DNA of 63,890 nucleotides, the filler included, from Octopus bimaculoides (Eukaryota), in the NCBI RefSeq assembly GCF_001194135.2. It is 4 parts of 4 records of this genome, joined end to end, with 100 filler letters (N's around TTAATTAATTAA, not from the genome) between each part and the next. Parts side by side here need not be neighbours in the genome. Positions count along the whole stretch, not along the records: positions 53,049 to 61,587 come from NC_068997.1; positions 61,688 to 63,890 come from NC_068985.1; 2 more parts are not named here. The stretch is one strand, 5' to 3'. How positions within the stretch are numbered: position 1 is the first letter of the stretch; each line of letters begins with the position of its first letter. The position numbers and the translations under genes were made by a program. The notes under the pieces were generated by a model. The model saw nothing but the letters and a program-made list of their open reading frames with translations, searched no databases and was not told the origin of the DNA. This document shows, one piece after another, positions 53,280-63,890 of the stretch.

Positions 53280-54499
53280 ATTCCGTCATTTTGGCGTGGT
53301 GCAATTTTATTTGGGTGTAAGGGGTAGGGTGGTGATGGAGTTGTTGTTTTGGGTTTATCTGCGCTTGTTTTGGGTGTGGCTTTGGTGATGCGGTCGGGAT
53401 TACGGTGGCTTTTAAAGAAAATATATTCTTTTTCTTTTTCTTTTTTTTTTTTTCTTGGCTGTCCTTCTTTGATTGGATGCGGGTGAGCAGGGAGGTGTAT
53501 TTTCGTATGTATCCATGTGTTCGTTTCTGTTTGAAAGAGGGGGGGGGTAAGAGGGAGAGTAAGAGAGAAGGAATTAAGTTAGAAATTTTTCTGAATGATG
53601 GACTTCGGTCCTGTTGTTGTTAGTGTCGTGGTTGCCGTCGTAGCTCCCGCTGTCGCTGCTGGTTTTAGTGCTGCTGCTGCTGCTGCAGCTGCTGTTGTTG
53701 TTGTCACAGCTGTGGCTACAATAGTTTGTTTTACTGTTGCTAGTGCTGCTGCTGTTGCTGGTGGTGCTTTTGTACTCTTCCCAGCGGTTACTGTTACCGC
53801 TGCACGCTATTGTTGTTAAGGCCATGGTGTCGACATTAGTTGAGCACTCCGCTCTCTTGAGAACAGAAAGCTCTTAAATAGTTTCTAGCACCACACAAGT
53901 GCTATCTTGGCCCTCTGTCCCCCAACTGTGGATAAGGTCTGGGGTTTACGTAATACATTATATGCTTGTATTGTTTTAAACAACGGAAAATAGAAATAAC
54001 TTGAAATTACTGACTGAAAATTCAGAAGACCGACGTGTATTGGTGCTCCTTCATGTCTATACAAGAAAAACTGTTCTTCCAGAACTCTCGCAGTGAATGT
54101 GAATAGTAATGCTTATGTACTTTGCGCAGAATGTGTCAAATACGTTGGAAAATGGATGTAGTCTGTTTGTAAGACCACGGAGCAGTGTGTAAATACGCAT
54201 ATATTTTGGTATTTTGAATACATACACATGTACTATATTTGTGGTATTAGATTGAATGTGTATTGTATAAAATGACATAATATAGAATAGCAAGTGAATC
54301 ATTGACTACAACATATTGTACATATTAAAAGAAATCAAACTTGCATAACATTTAGGGAGTGGTAAACATAATTTTATCATTTTCCAGTTATTTTGGCATT
54401 TTCTGTTGTCCTCCTCGTTCTCTCGTTTGTAGCTTTCATCATGTACATTTTTCAACATTACTTCCAAATGGAAAAAATCGAATAATCATGCATGTAAAT

Positions 54500-54770
54500 T
54501 ATTGTAATTATCTCAAAGTTTAATAAAACACTTGCCACCATTATTGATGCCTCGGGTATTCTTGTACAAGATAAAACACGCTTAGGTTATCTGATCACAT
54601 CCGGGTGAGTAACCGTTGGATTTGGCAGAGTAAGAGCATCCTTCATCTTTTCTTACCGGCCATTACTCGTATAGGGACATTGTGCACCCAAAAGTCTTCG
54701 TTAACACTTTCTCAGTGTGTTGGTCAAGGAAACACTCTCCGTCCTCAAGACACGCCGGTTTACTATGTTA
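54500..54770 (-). mobile_element. Decayed PLE GIY-YIG C-terminal fragment
   Basis: Minus KDEGCSYSAK...GCD...FILYKN..., resembling LKD.G..Y...W...RCDLC..EK..ILY. Confidence 0.5.
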
Positions 54771-54858
54771 TAACACAATTTTGATGCTCTTTCATTTTAT
54801 TTTATTGTCATTTGGTTGATTTTTCTTATATTCCGAATCTATTTGTTCTATAGTGAAG

Positions 54859-54903
<45 letters not shown>

Positions 54904-54913
54904 NNNNNNNNNN

Positions 54914-54949
<36 letters not shown>

Positions 54950-55001
54950 ACACGTGTATGTATTTATTATTAAAGCTGCAAAACATAAAAAATATTTTAA
55001 A

Positions 55002-55045
55002 AACTGCTACGCAGGGTTTCCCGTTCCCGTTCGTCGGACAGTTGT
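55002..55045 (-). ncRNA. Minimal hammerhead-like motif, mirror copy (more decayed)
   Basis: Reverse complement AACTGT-CCGACGA-ACGGGAACGG-GAAA-CCCTGCG-TA-GCAGTT; helix I 6/6 including one G-U. Confidence 0.55.
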
Positions 55046-55073
55046 GATTAAGAATGGATCCATTCTTGATCAC

Positions 55074-55115
55074 AAGTGCCCGACGAACGAGTACGTGAAA
55101 CTCTGAGTAGCAGTT
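55074..55115 (+). ncRNA. Minimal type I hammerhead-like ribozyme (U4C variant)
   Basis: AAGTGC-CCGACGA-ACG(AGTA)CGT-GAAA-CTCTGAG-TA-GCAGTT: helix I 5/6 paired, 3-bp helix II, near-palindromic helix III ACTCTGAGT, GUA cleavage triplet. Confidence 0.65.
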
Positions 55116-55599
55116 TTTTATGATATGTTTGTGATATTTTTTCAGCTTTAATATTAAAGCATATCACTCTACCTCCGGTATTTGAGTACTATTTCTTTTA
55201 CACCTTGTTTCACATTTATGTACCTACTCGTGTGTGCATGTATGTATGTATGTATGTATGTATGTATGTGTATCTAATTACTCCGGCGTACAGGAGATAT
55301 AGAGATAGAACGGGGCATGACAACGCTAGGCCGAAACAGCTGTAAGTTTCTGACTCTTCTCCAATTGCTGAATGTCCTTTATATTTGAAATCATAATTGT
55401 TAATATGACATGGTATGTCATAAGTGTCTGTATATTATGTTTTTTGTCAATTTAGTAATAAAATAAACAAATTAATCAACGGAATACATTGTCTGCAAGT
55501 CGATAGGTACCGCATATTCTCCTCCATTTTCTCATTGCTATATATATATATGTGTGTATGTAATTGTTAAAGAGGACATCAAACGTTAAGGTAAGGCAA

Positions 55600-56150
55600 T
55601 TCAAAGTCTTTCAGCTGTACAGCTATTTCTGGGATATCCCAAAGTACTGCGATCGGTGTTAGTGTTTTCATTGTGTAGGTCTACGGTAGGGTCGTATGAA
55701 TTTAGATAGTAAGAGCTAAGTTTACGTAGGTTACATGGGGTGATAATAGATTCTATATTTGGAGTAGATGAATAAAGATAATTTCATAGTGGATCTGTTA
55801 AAGATTGAATGGTACTTATGGTTACGTGGGAAATTAGATTCTACTATTTTAAAGAATGCTTAGCGAGGCCCTTAACGTTTAAAGCGAATGGAGGTGTATA
55901 CCACCGTTTTTATCAGGCAAGTTTGGTGTAATTCCTTAGGAATGTTAGAGAAGAGTTGGAAGGTTTAGTATTAGTATTAGTGTTCATAGATCGAGTGTTA
56001 TGCATGTGGCAGCTAGGTGGGCGAGATTGTCTGATCGTAGAAGGAGGGATTGGATTTCCAATATTTGTGTTCCATTGCCTAGAGCTAAGTTTCGAGAGGT
56101 GTTCCTTAAGTCTAGTGTTGGGTATAAATTTAATCTTCTAGGAGAAACCA
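55600..56150 (-). mobile_element. Decayed PLE RT-EN linker/EN
   Basis: Minus WYTPPFALNVK (cf. WFNPPFS.NV) and YSSTPNIESIITH (cf. YSC.PNI..II..HN). Confidence 0.7.
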
Positions 56151-56189
56151 CAAGCAACTAGAGCTTGGTTGTAGTAATTGGAGTAGTTA

Positions 56190-57100
56190 TTGGAGATTTC
56201 CTGCTTAAAAGAAGCCCTGAAAATTTTACCCATAATTCACCACAATTGCTTAATAATCACAACGAAGCCTTCACAACGAGAAGACACAAACTCTTCCGTA
56301 CTTTTAAATTCTTTCATAAATCTAAATGTGTATTCACTCCCCGCCCCACGAATAACACCCACATACAAACCTCCATGAACATTAACATATACCCCCCTAT
56401 ATCCCTTCTATCAGCCTTACCCCATCACTTTATAAGACAAATATTAACTCTTTAATTTATTTTAAAACCATAACCTAATAAATCCTCTAATATTTAATTC
56501 TAATTCCTACTCTTAAATAATTTAACAATAAACTAGTTTCTTCATTCACGACTACCTACACACCCATAACCCCATTACTAAAAATAACTCTACAGTCACT
56601 GACCTTAGCCAGAATGGACACAAACATTTACTACTAGGTTTCCTCACCAACACCTATAAACAGGAAGAATACCATAATTTTATATACCTTACTTTATCTT
56701 TAACGCTAATCCTTAGCTTCCCCCCTCACTCCATCTACCTCTCTTTCTATTTATTTACTTTACTTTCTTTTTACCATTTAATAACCACCTCCGCTACCAT
56801 TCTGTTACTGAACGTTGATATGTTCGCGTCTTTTTTCTGGATATTTACACTATCAGGACTGTAACCCACATGGATTTACGCAGGATTGCGTCTAAAGACT
56901 TATGGACTTATTTCTACAAGATCGGAAAGCTGAACTGTAAACTTTTATGCTTCTTTTTTCTTCTCTTTCTTCATCTCTTTATTAATTTACTCTTGTCCTC
57001 TATGTCGTCATTTCATTAATCTTCTCATTTTCTCTATTTGTCTCCGATGACAAACTCTAGGATATCTTTGAATTTGTAAGACATCGAATTTTTTTCCAAT
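56190..57100 (+). mobile_element. Decayed PLE EN C-terminus/3' end, divergent from the 55600-56150 segment
   Basis: NHNEAF...KFFHK EN-like segment; UTR motif GTCACTGACCTTAGC shared with the reverse complement of ~48515-48530; ends in a hammerhead-like motif. Confidence 0.5.
57039..57083 (+). ncRNA. Degenerate minimal hammerhead motif
   Basis: TGTCT-CCGATGA-C-AAA...TTT-GAAT-TTG-TA-AGACA: perfect 5-bp helix I (TGTCT/AGACA); core mutated. Confidence 0.5.
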
Positions 57101-58029
57101 AATAATAATAATGTATGTGACTTGAGATGGTTTTCTTGCCTTAACGTTTGTTGTCCTCTTTAACAATTATATATCCGCTATATCGGAAGTCTGCAATGGC
57201 TCCATAAACTTCCAACCCTACTGGGCAGCAAACGCTCAAATGACTTTTGTTGCCCCATGTGTAATAAATGGACTTTCTGTAGTGGATCACTATTCTTATT
57301 ACTTTTGGCCAGCGTCATCAACAGGACACAATTCTGAAATGACATTTCAGAACCGTGCAAGGCCAGACTCATCATCTCACTTATATACCATTCCTTCTTA
57401 CTTTCCCACTCACAATTTGTCCATTTTGTGCTACGAAACAAAAAGTGAAAATTGTGCAGGGATTAATGGCACTGGAAAAAACTTTTAAGTGTCATCCTTG
57501 TGTTTCTCATACTATTTCTGTAAGGCATATCAGTCCCTCCTCGTTTTTGAAGATAACACGTACGGTACCGTAAATTTTTCCTCCCGACAAAACGAGATTT
57601 CATTTAACTGTGAGAGCTGTCTCCTGTTATTCCTTAGACAGGACAAAGCAAACTCACGTGACCTTGGCAAGGTACAAGTATGTTTCCCTTCTCCTCTCAC
57701 CCAACCTATTGATAGATTTGAACAGGATGTCGCCCGTTATATGAATCAGTTACTTCCCTGCATTTGTCTCTTCTGTGAAATGGTTAATACAAAGAGATTT
57801 CTCATTGGAAAGTACACTTGCGACTGATGAGCTTTCATTTATATTCGTCACGCTTTCGTTTGCCCAAGCACGTTTTTGTTTGCTGGTGGTTTCTCTGTTT
57901 TGTTTTCGTTGTTGTTTGTACAGTCATTAATATGATTTGTACAGTCATTAATATCCTTTCTCTAGAAGCAGTCTCCGTATACCGGGACAGCACGAGTAGA
58001 AAAGTATATTTTACTGAGTATAAAAGAGA

Positions 58030-58190
58030 ATGGACCCCAGTGTTGAACTGGTACTTATTTTGTCCCTCGCCGAAAGGATCAATGGAAAAGTCGACCTCGG
58101 AGGAATTTGAACTCAGAACCTGAAGATAGACGAAATACCGATAAGCATTTTTTCCCGGCTTGCTAACGATTTTGCCAGCCCGCCACCTTA
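58030..58190 (-). mobile_element. SINE family A
   Basis: GAACTGGTACTTATTTT...AAAGTCGACCTCGGAGGAATTTGAACTCAGAAC...GCCAGCCCGCCACCTT. Confidence 0.88.
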
Positions 58191-58393
58191 TAATAATACT
58201 AATACTACAACTAATAATAACAACAGAAAAAGATGAAATTCATAGCTTGATGTATGGAAAAAGAATATATTATTTAGCATTTAATGCTTCAATAGTTCTT
58301 CACCATGATGAAGCCAAAGAAGTAGCTCTCATATGTAGTCCCTCGACATGCTAGAAATAGCAGCCAAATCTCCTTCGAATCTTCCAAATCTCT

Positions 58394-58473
58394 CTCCAGC
58401 CTTCATCAGGTGTCTTGGGGAAATTTCGAACCTGGGTTCTCATTCTTAAGGTATTTTTCGATGTTGTTGTTGC

Positions 58474-58505
<32 letters not shown>

Positions 58506-58574
58506 TCACTGCCTGGAATCGAACTCGGAATTTTAGGGTTAGTTGCCCGCGCCCTTAACTACTACGCCACATGC
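58394..58574 (-). mobile_element. tRNA-headed hammerhead SINE, inverted copy (intact Pol III boxes, hammerhead truncated in helix II)
   Basis: Reverse complement GCATGTGGCGTAGTAGTTAAG (A box)...GGG-CAACTAA-CCC...GAGTTCGATTCC (B box)-AGGCAGTGACCTG-(AAT)n-body-GACACCTGATGAAGGCTGGAG. Confidence 0.85.
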
Positions 58575-58580
58575 TCACAA

Positions 58581-58786
58581 GCATATGGCGTAGTGGTTTC
58601 CAGGAAGTGACCTGAGTAATAATAATAATAATAATAACATCGAAAACTACCTTAGGAATGAGAACCCAGGTTCGAAATTCCCCCAAGACACCTGATGAAG
58701 GCTGGAGGGTATATCAGCCGAAACGTTGTGTTAACAACAAACAAGATGAAGACAAATATCCGTCAATTGTAAATAATGTAAATAAT
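58581..58786 (+). mobile_element. tRNA-headed hammerhead SINE, forward copy (B-box region deleted, hammerhead and tail intact)
   Basis: GCATATGGCGTAGTGG (A box), a ~45-nt deletion, CCAGGAAGTGACCTGA-(AAT)n-body-hammerhead, and tail (TGTAAATAA)2 at 58768-58785. Confidence 0.85.
58687..58732 (+). ncRNA. Minimal type I hammerhead ribozyme
   Basis: GACAC-CTGATGA(58692-98)-A-GGCTG(GAGGGTATAT)CAGCC-GAAA(58720-23)-CG-TT-GTGTT: complete catalytic core, 5-bp helix II, helix I GACAC/GTGTT, palindromic AACGTT helix III (dimer-type), GUU cleavage after 58727. Confidence 0.8.
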
Positions 58787-59400
58787 TTAAAGTTTGTTGT
58801 TTTTCATAATTCCGGATTGTATTGATATGGTTTTGCAAGATGAATGTGGTGTATTAGTACATGATCTTCTATAGTACGCTTTGAAAGCATTAAAATTACA
58901 GCATTGAAACCTATAAAAATATCAATAAAGAGAAGGGGAAACAAAGACTAAAATAATATTAGAGCTAAATTATACAGCAGGTGCACACACGAAATGGGGC
59001 TTTGCAAGCCACGTGAGACATTAAACTACAATATTTTAACATTTCAATGATTCTAAATAAAAGCGTATGATATCAAAGGAGTTTGATGGATAATATGTCA
59101 CAAGCGTATAAATGTCTGTAAAATAATTGTGTATCTACGTTTTATATAGACATCTGCTGGAATAAAAAAAAAATCAGGTGCAATTTTAGCAATAGCTGCA
59201 TGCACATTGGTTTAACAAAATCACGAATATTTCTTTATACATCTGATAAGATATAAGATGTATTTTATTAAATTGAAAAAAAAAAATGTGAACGAAAAGC
59301 ACCTAAGAATTGAAGAAAAGAAAAGTAGGATTTAGTTTATTGTATTCAAATTATTATTACATTCCCCATGAATAAGTAAAACAATATTTCCATGATATTC

Positions 59401-59590
59401 TTTGAGACTTTTGGAGAGGGGGAAGTCGATTAGATCGATCCCAGTACGCAACTGGTACTTAATTTATCGACCCCGAAAGGATGAAAGGCAAAGTCGGCCT
59501 CGGCGAAATTTGAACTCAGAACGTCAAGACAGACGATATACCGCTGAGCATTTCGCCCGGCGTGCTAACGTTTTCGCCAGCTCGCCGCTT
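59401..59590 (-). mobile_element. SINE family A (well preserved)
   Basis: CAACTGGTACTTAATTTATCGACCCCGAAAGGATGAAAGGCAAAGTCGG...TTTGAACTCAGAACG...CCCGGCGTGCTAACG...GCCAGCTCGCCGC. Confidence 0.93.
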
Positions 59591-60906
59591 TTGAATGTTC
59601 TTTGAAAATTGAGATTTGAATTTATCATTTGCACAGTTTTTGTTTGTTTTTTTTATCAATGAATTTATAATTGGAAAAGAATTAGAATAAAGTCCTACTG
59701 ACAAGATTTGCTTAATTTTTTATTACAATCGCATAATGAAGTCGATTTGACCAGAAATTTCAAAGACAATATAATTCAATTGACGCAAGCTTAAAGCCAG
59801 CATTGGCAGTATATCATGTTTGATGAGACTTCAGTGATATGTGAACGAATTTAGTTGTTTATCGGAGGAGTATTCTGAGTTCAGAATTTGAAGATTAAAT
59901 GGGTTACATGTCGTTACTGATGTTTTTGTAGTAGATGATGAGGAAGAGGATTATTAAGATGCTGCTGTTGTTGTTTAACTCCAGGTCAGACCTATTGATC
60001 AGATCCATGGTCAAAGGCGCTTCAGCAATGGTCATCCCTTCCCTTGTGCAAATCATATCTGGAATTACTTTATCCATTGTGATTGTCCCGTTTAAAATTT
60101 GAAAGAGATTTACTTGATATTTCTAACAGTTTCCAGTTACTAAATAGAAGCTCACTCGTTTGTTTGTGATTTCTAGATTAAATACAATGGAGAATTATTA
60201 CCATTTCTTCGTATTTGTAGTTAAATTCCTTTGCTTCTTTCTTAAATAATATTTCCTTTTTTCAATAATATATTTATGCATTCTTAATGCATTCTAGAAG
60301 ATTTGAGCATTAATATTTGATCGCAATGTTTCGAAGTCGTCTTAGACTAGGGAATTAGCCGAATCGAGTGTGTTGCAAACGAGACATCGCCTAAAGGGTG
60401 AAGGTGTTCTCTAGTTGCGAAAAACAACAATGAAGAGATATTCACATTCGAATCTGCCAAAAACACATTAAAAATGAATAGACCCGTTATTGCTGAGATT
60501 CTTACTGTTTTGCACGCATTCCATGACTTATTATCTGTTTGGAAGATATTTGCACACATCAGCAAGTAATTTGTTTGCTTACTCCCATAAACAAGGTCTT
60601 GCACGCTTGTGAGATCCATCTGTCGCCAGGTAGCTTCTGAGTCGCCAATTGACTTACGCACCTTCTCCGAAATTACTGCCCTTGGGCCAAAATTTAAAAC
60701 CACTATTATGCTCTCTGTTATGCAGAACGAGAATTTTCTGTAACGGTGTCTATTAGTTTTTACATCTGAATACCTATCTATCTGTCTGTCTGTCTGTCTA
60801 TCTATCTATATATCTGTTTATCTATCTATCTGTCTATCTATTTATTTATCTATCTATCTGTCTATCTAACTGTCTGTCAGTTAGTCTGTTTGCTTGTCTT
60901 TTCCCT

Positions 60907-60991
<85 letters not shown>

Positions 60992-61107
60992 GTGTGTGTG
61001 TGTTCTCTTCTGTTTCTAATTATTTAAACTGTTCCCTTGAGGAAGGAGCTGGTTTCTAGCAAAGATTCAAAGCTCCATCGTTGGAATGTAGATAATAAAA
61101 TGCCATA

Positions 61108-61335
61108 GAGTAAAGATTGTTTGCCAACATAACATGGCAGTCTTGGTTTAGGATGAACGCTGCTGTAATTTAGTCCCAGGAGACATCGCCTCCAGCTGAC
61201 TGTACGACACGATCTGTGTCCTTATACGATCTGTGTCGTATAACCAGCTGGAGACGATGTCTCATGGGGCTAAATTACAGCAACATTCGTCCTAAACCAG
61301 GACTGCCATGTTATGTTGGCAAATAATCTTTACTC
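61108..61335. mobile_element. Palindromic MITE (228 bp), same family as 44256-44760
   Basis: GAGTAAAGATTGTTTGCCAACATAACATGGCAGTC... pairs with ...GACTGCCATGTTATGTTGGCAAATAATCTTTACTC; arms ~105 bp. Confidence 0.9.
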
Positions 61336-61503
61336 CAAAGTTCTGTTGCTGAATATCTCTCGTTGTGAGATTTACAAATAGTAAGCTAGCGAATGTGTGC
61401 AGCACACTTGCAAAAGAATATATAGTGCATGACCATCCCGAAATATAATACCTTTCAAAAAACGATTTCACATCAGGAATCTTGCAACACAAATTCAGAA
61501 ACG

Positions 61504-61587
<84 letters not shown>

Positions 61588-61631
61588 NNNNNNNNNNNNN
61601 NNNNNNNNNNNNNNNNNNNNNNNNNNNNNNN

Positions 61632-61643
61632 TTAATTAATTAA
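61632..61643. other. Artificial scaffold linker N44-TTAATTAATTAA-N44
   Basis: Same construct as 26675. Confidence 0.92.
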
Positions 61644-61687
61644 NNNNNNNNNNNNNNNNNNNNNNNNNNNNNNNNNNNNNNNNNNNN

Positions 61688-61725
<38 letters not shown>

Positions 61726-61733
61726 TAAATTTA

Positions 61734-62109
61734 TTTTTCCCTTGTTTCAGTCATTAGGCTGCGGTCATGTTGGGGTACCGTTACGCAGAAGTTCTAGTTG
61801 AATGCGTCGAATCCAGTATTTATCATGTATTTTGTTAAGCCTGAGGCAATACCGGTTGTGAAGCAGTGGTGAAGGACAAACATAGACATGAACACACACA
61901 TACACGCACACACACGCACACATACACACAGACGCACGCACACACGCACACACATAAAACGGGCTTCTTTCAGTTCTATCAGATCTACTCACAAGGCTTT
62001 GGTCGATCCGAGGCTATAGTAGAAGACGTTTGCTCAAACTACCACGCAGTGGAACTGAACCCGAAACATTGTGGTTGGGAAGGACGCTTCTTACCACACA
62101 GCCACACCT
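61734..62109 (-). mobile_element. SINE family B, near full length
   Basis: TTGTTTCAGTCATTAGGCTGCGGTCATG tail (reverse complement), internal (CA)n, and GCAGTGGAACTGAACCCG...CTTACCACACAGCCACACCT head (reverse complement). Confidence 0.9.
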
Positions 62110-62137
62110 TATACATATATAAATCAATATGCATGCG

Positions 62138-62168
<31 letters not shown>

Positions 62169-62692
62169 TCACATATATGTATATAAAATATATATATTTA
62201 TAAATGTACGCACGTGCGCATGTACATATGTATGAATATGCATATATACTTGTAATTCATACATTACAAGTGCAATCTGTGAGTGGAACAGTAAAAATAT
62301 GCAAGACTTTTCTCAAGTTCCAAATGTGAATTTATCTGTATTAATTAAATCCCAGATGAATCCTTATATCCTCAGTGGAAGATTTATAATATCTAAAAAA
62401 TAGAAGAAACATACATACACAAATGCACACACATGCAAACATGTACGCACTTATATATGAAATAGAAGAAAAAATTGATGCGATCATAATATCCGAAGAA
62501 AAGTATTTTTGAATTTAAAAGTATTAATTATATAAAAAAAATATTAGAATCTTAGAGATTATTACGCGTTTGACAATCTGAAAGAGTAAATGAGCTTAGA
62601 GAAAAACTCTTTTCCATCATGCCTATGTTTCTGAGCTATTTAAAAAATCTATTTAATTGATAATTTTAATTTAAGAAAATTTATTCTTCCTC

Positions 62693-62765
<73 letters not shown>

Positions 62766-62766
62766 A

Positions 62767-62824
<58 letters not shown>

Positions 62825-62943
62825 ATATATATTTATATTTTTATATATNNNNNNNNNNNNNNNNNNNNNNNNNNNNNNNNNNNNNNNNNNNNNNNNNNNN
62901 NNNNNNNNNNNNNNNNNNNNNNNNNNNNNNNNNNNNNNNNNNN

Positions 62944-62979
<36 letters not shown>

Positions 62980-63727
62980 TACGTTATGTGTATAAAAATA
63001 TTTAGATATACGTATACCTATATGCATGTACACATATACGTACACACGGCACACACACACACGTATGTATGTATGTATGTATGTATGTATGTATGTACGT
63101 ACGCATGTATGTATGCATGTATGTATGTACGTAAGTATGTATGTGTGTATGTATGTATGTATGTACGTACGTACGTACGCATGTATGTATGCATGTATGT
63201 AAGTAGACGCTCGCGGATATATATTTATACCACCTAAAAAAAAGGATACGGTTTTTTTTAAACAAGATTTTTGAGCGGAAGTCTTGCCTCGAAGCAAGAT
63301 CATGTCTATTTCCTTTATATAGTGTTCCAAAAGTTACCATTTTATGTCTATTTATTCACTCTCTACACTTGTTATCACACTCCCAAATAATGCACGATTT
63401 ATAAGAATATTCCTTGAGAAATGCAACCGAAAATTACTTCGTTGTGACTAATTACGGAGTGTCCCGTGGAGGGAATACGTGCCTTATGATTCACTATGTG
63501 TATTATATTGTGTGTGTGTGTGTGTGTGTGTGTACGTATACATATATATATATATATGCGTGTATGGGTGAGCATGTATATGTATATGCATAGATACACA
63601 CACACATGAATATATATATGCTTATATGTATGTATATATATTATATATATGTGTGTATTTGTGTGTGTGTGTATGTGTGTGTGTGTGTATGCATATATAT
63701 ATATATATATATATATANNNNNNNNNN

Positions 63728-63762
<35 letters not shown>

Positions 63763-63850
63763 GCACACATGTTATGTTTGGTGCTCCACAGGATACATGA
63801 TAATTAATCATGCCAAAATGTAAGGGTATCTCTCTCCCTCTCCGTCTCAC

Positions 63851-63890
<40 letters not shown>

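Larger units (their letters stand above)
54968..55153. repeat. ~186-bp imperfect palindrome carrying a hammerhead-like motif in each arm
   Basis: Centre AAGAATGGATCCATTCTT (55050-55067) is perfect; arms pair out to ATTAAAGCTG / CAGCTTTAAT. Confidence 0.92.

Noticed and set aside
57824-57860. CTGATGA motif
   Set aside because: No downstream GAAA in register on the same strand.
60347-60703. 118-aa minus-strand ORF
   Set aside because: No recognisable domain, starts at a non-ATG codon, and shows no supporting exon structure.

Overview
AT-rich, microsatellite-saturated, gappy eukaryotic DNA. It is most likely from an octopus (inference from the SINE families and simple-repeat density; not checked by search). 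No host protein-coding gene can be supported, and nearly all listed ORFs are translations of (TA)n/(CA)n/(GGT)n repeats or N-gaps. The one clear RNA gene is tRNA-Ala(TGC) at 9118-9181, 5'-clipped by a gap. The rest is a layered graveyard of mobile elements: about 25 tRNA-derived SINE copies (at least 4 families), many Penelope-like element (PLE) remnants often in inverted arrangement, a 5'-inverted RTE LINE, three R4/Dong-type fragments at a (TAA)n tract, Tc1 (DD36E spacing), mariner, hAT and piggyBac fossils, and two related palindromic MITEs. The most notable signal is a set of minimal type I hammerhead-ribozyme motifs. These include a tRNA-headed (Pol III) short element carrying a near-intact hammerhead, arranged head-to-head with an inverted partial copy (58394-58786), and a ~186-bp palindrome with a hammerhead-like motif in each arm (54968-55153). 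Three N-TTAATTAATTAA-N linkers mark artificial scaffold joins. All family assignments come from hand translation and motif recognition, not database searches, and element boundaries are approximate.
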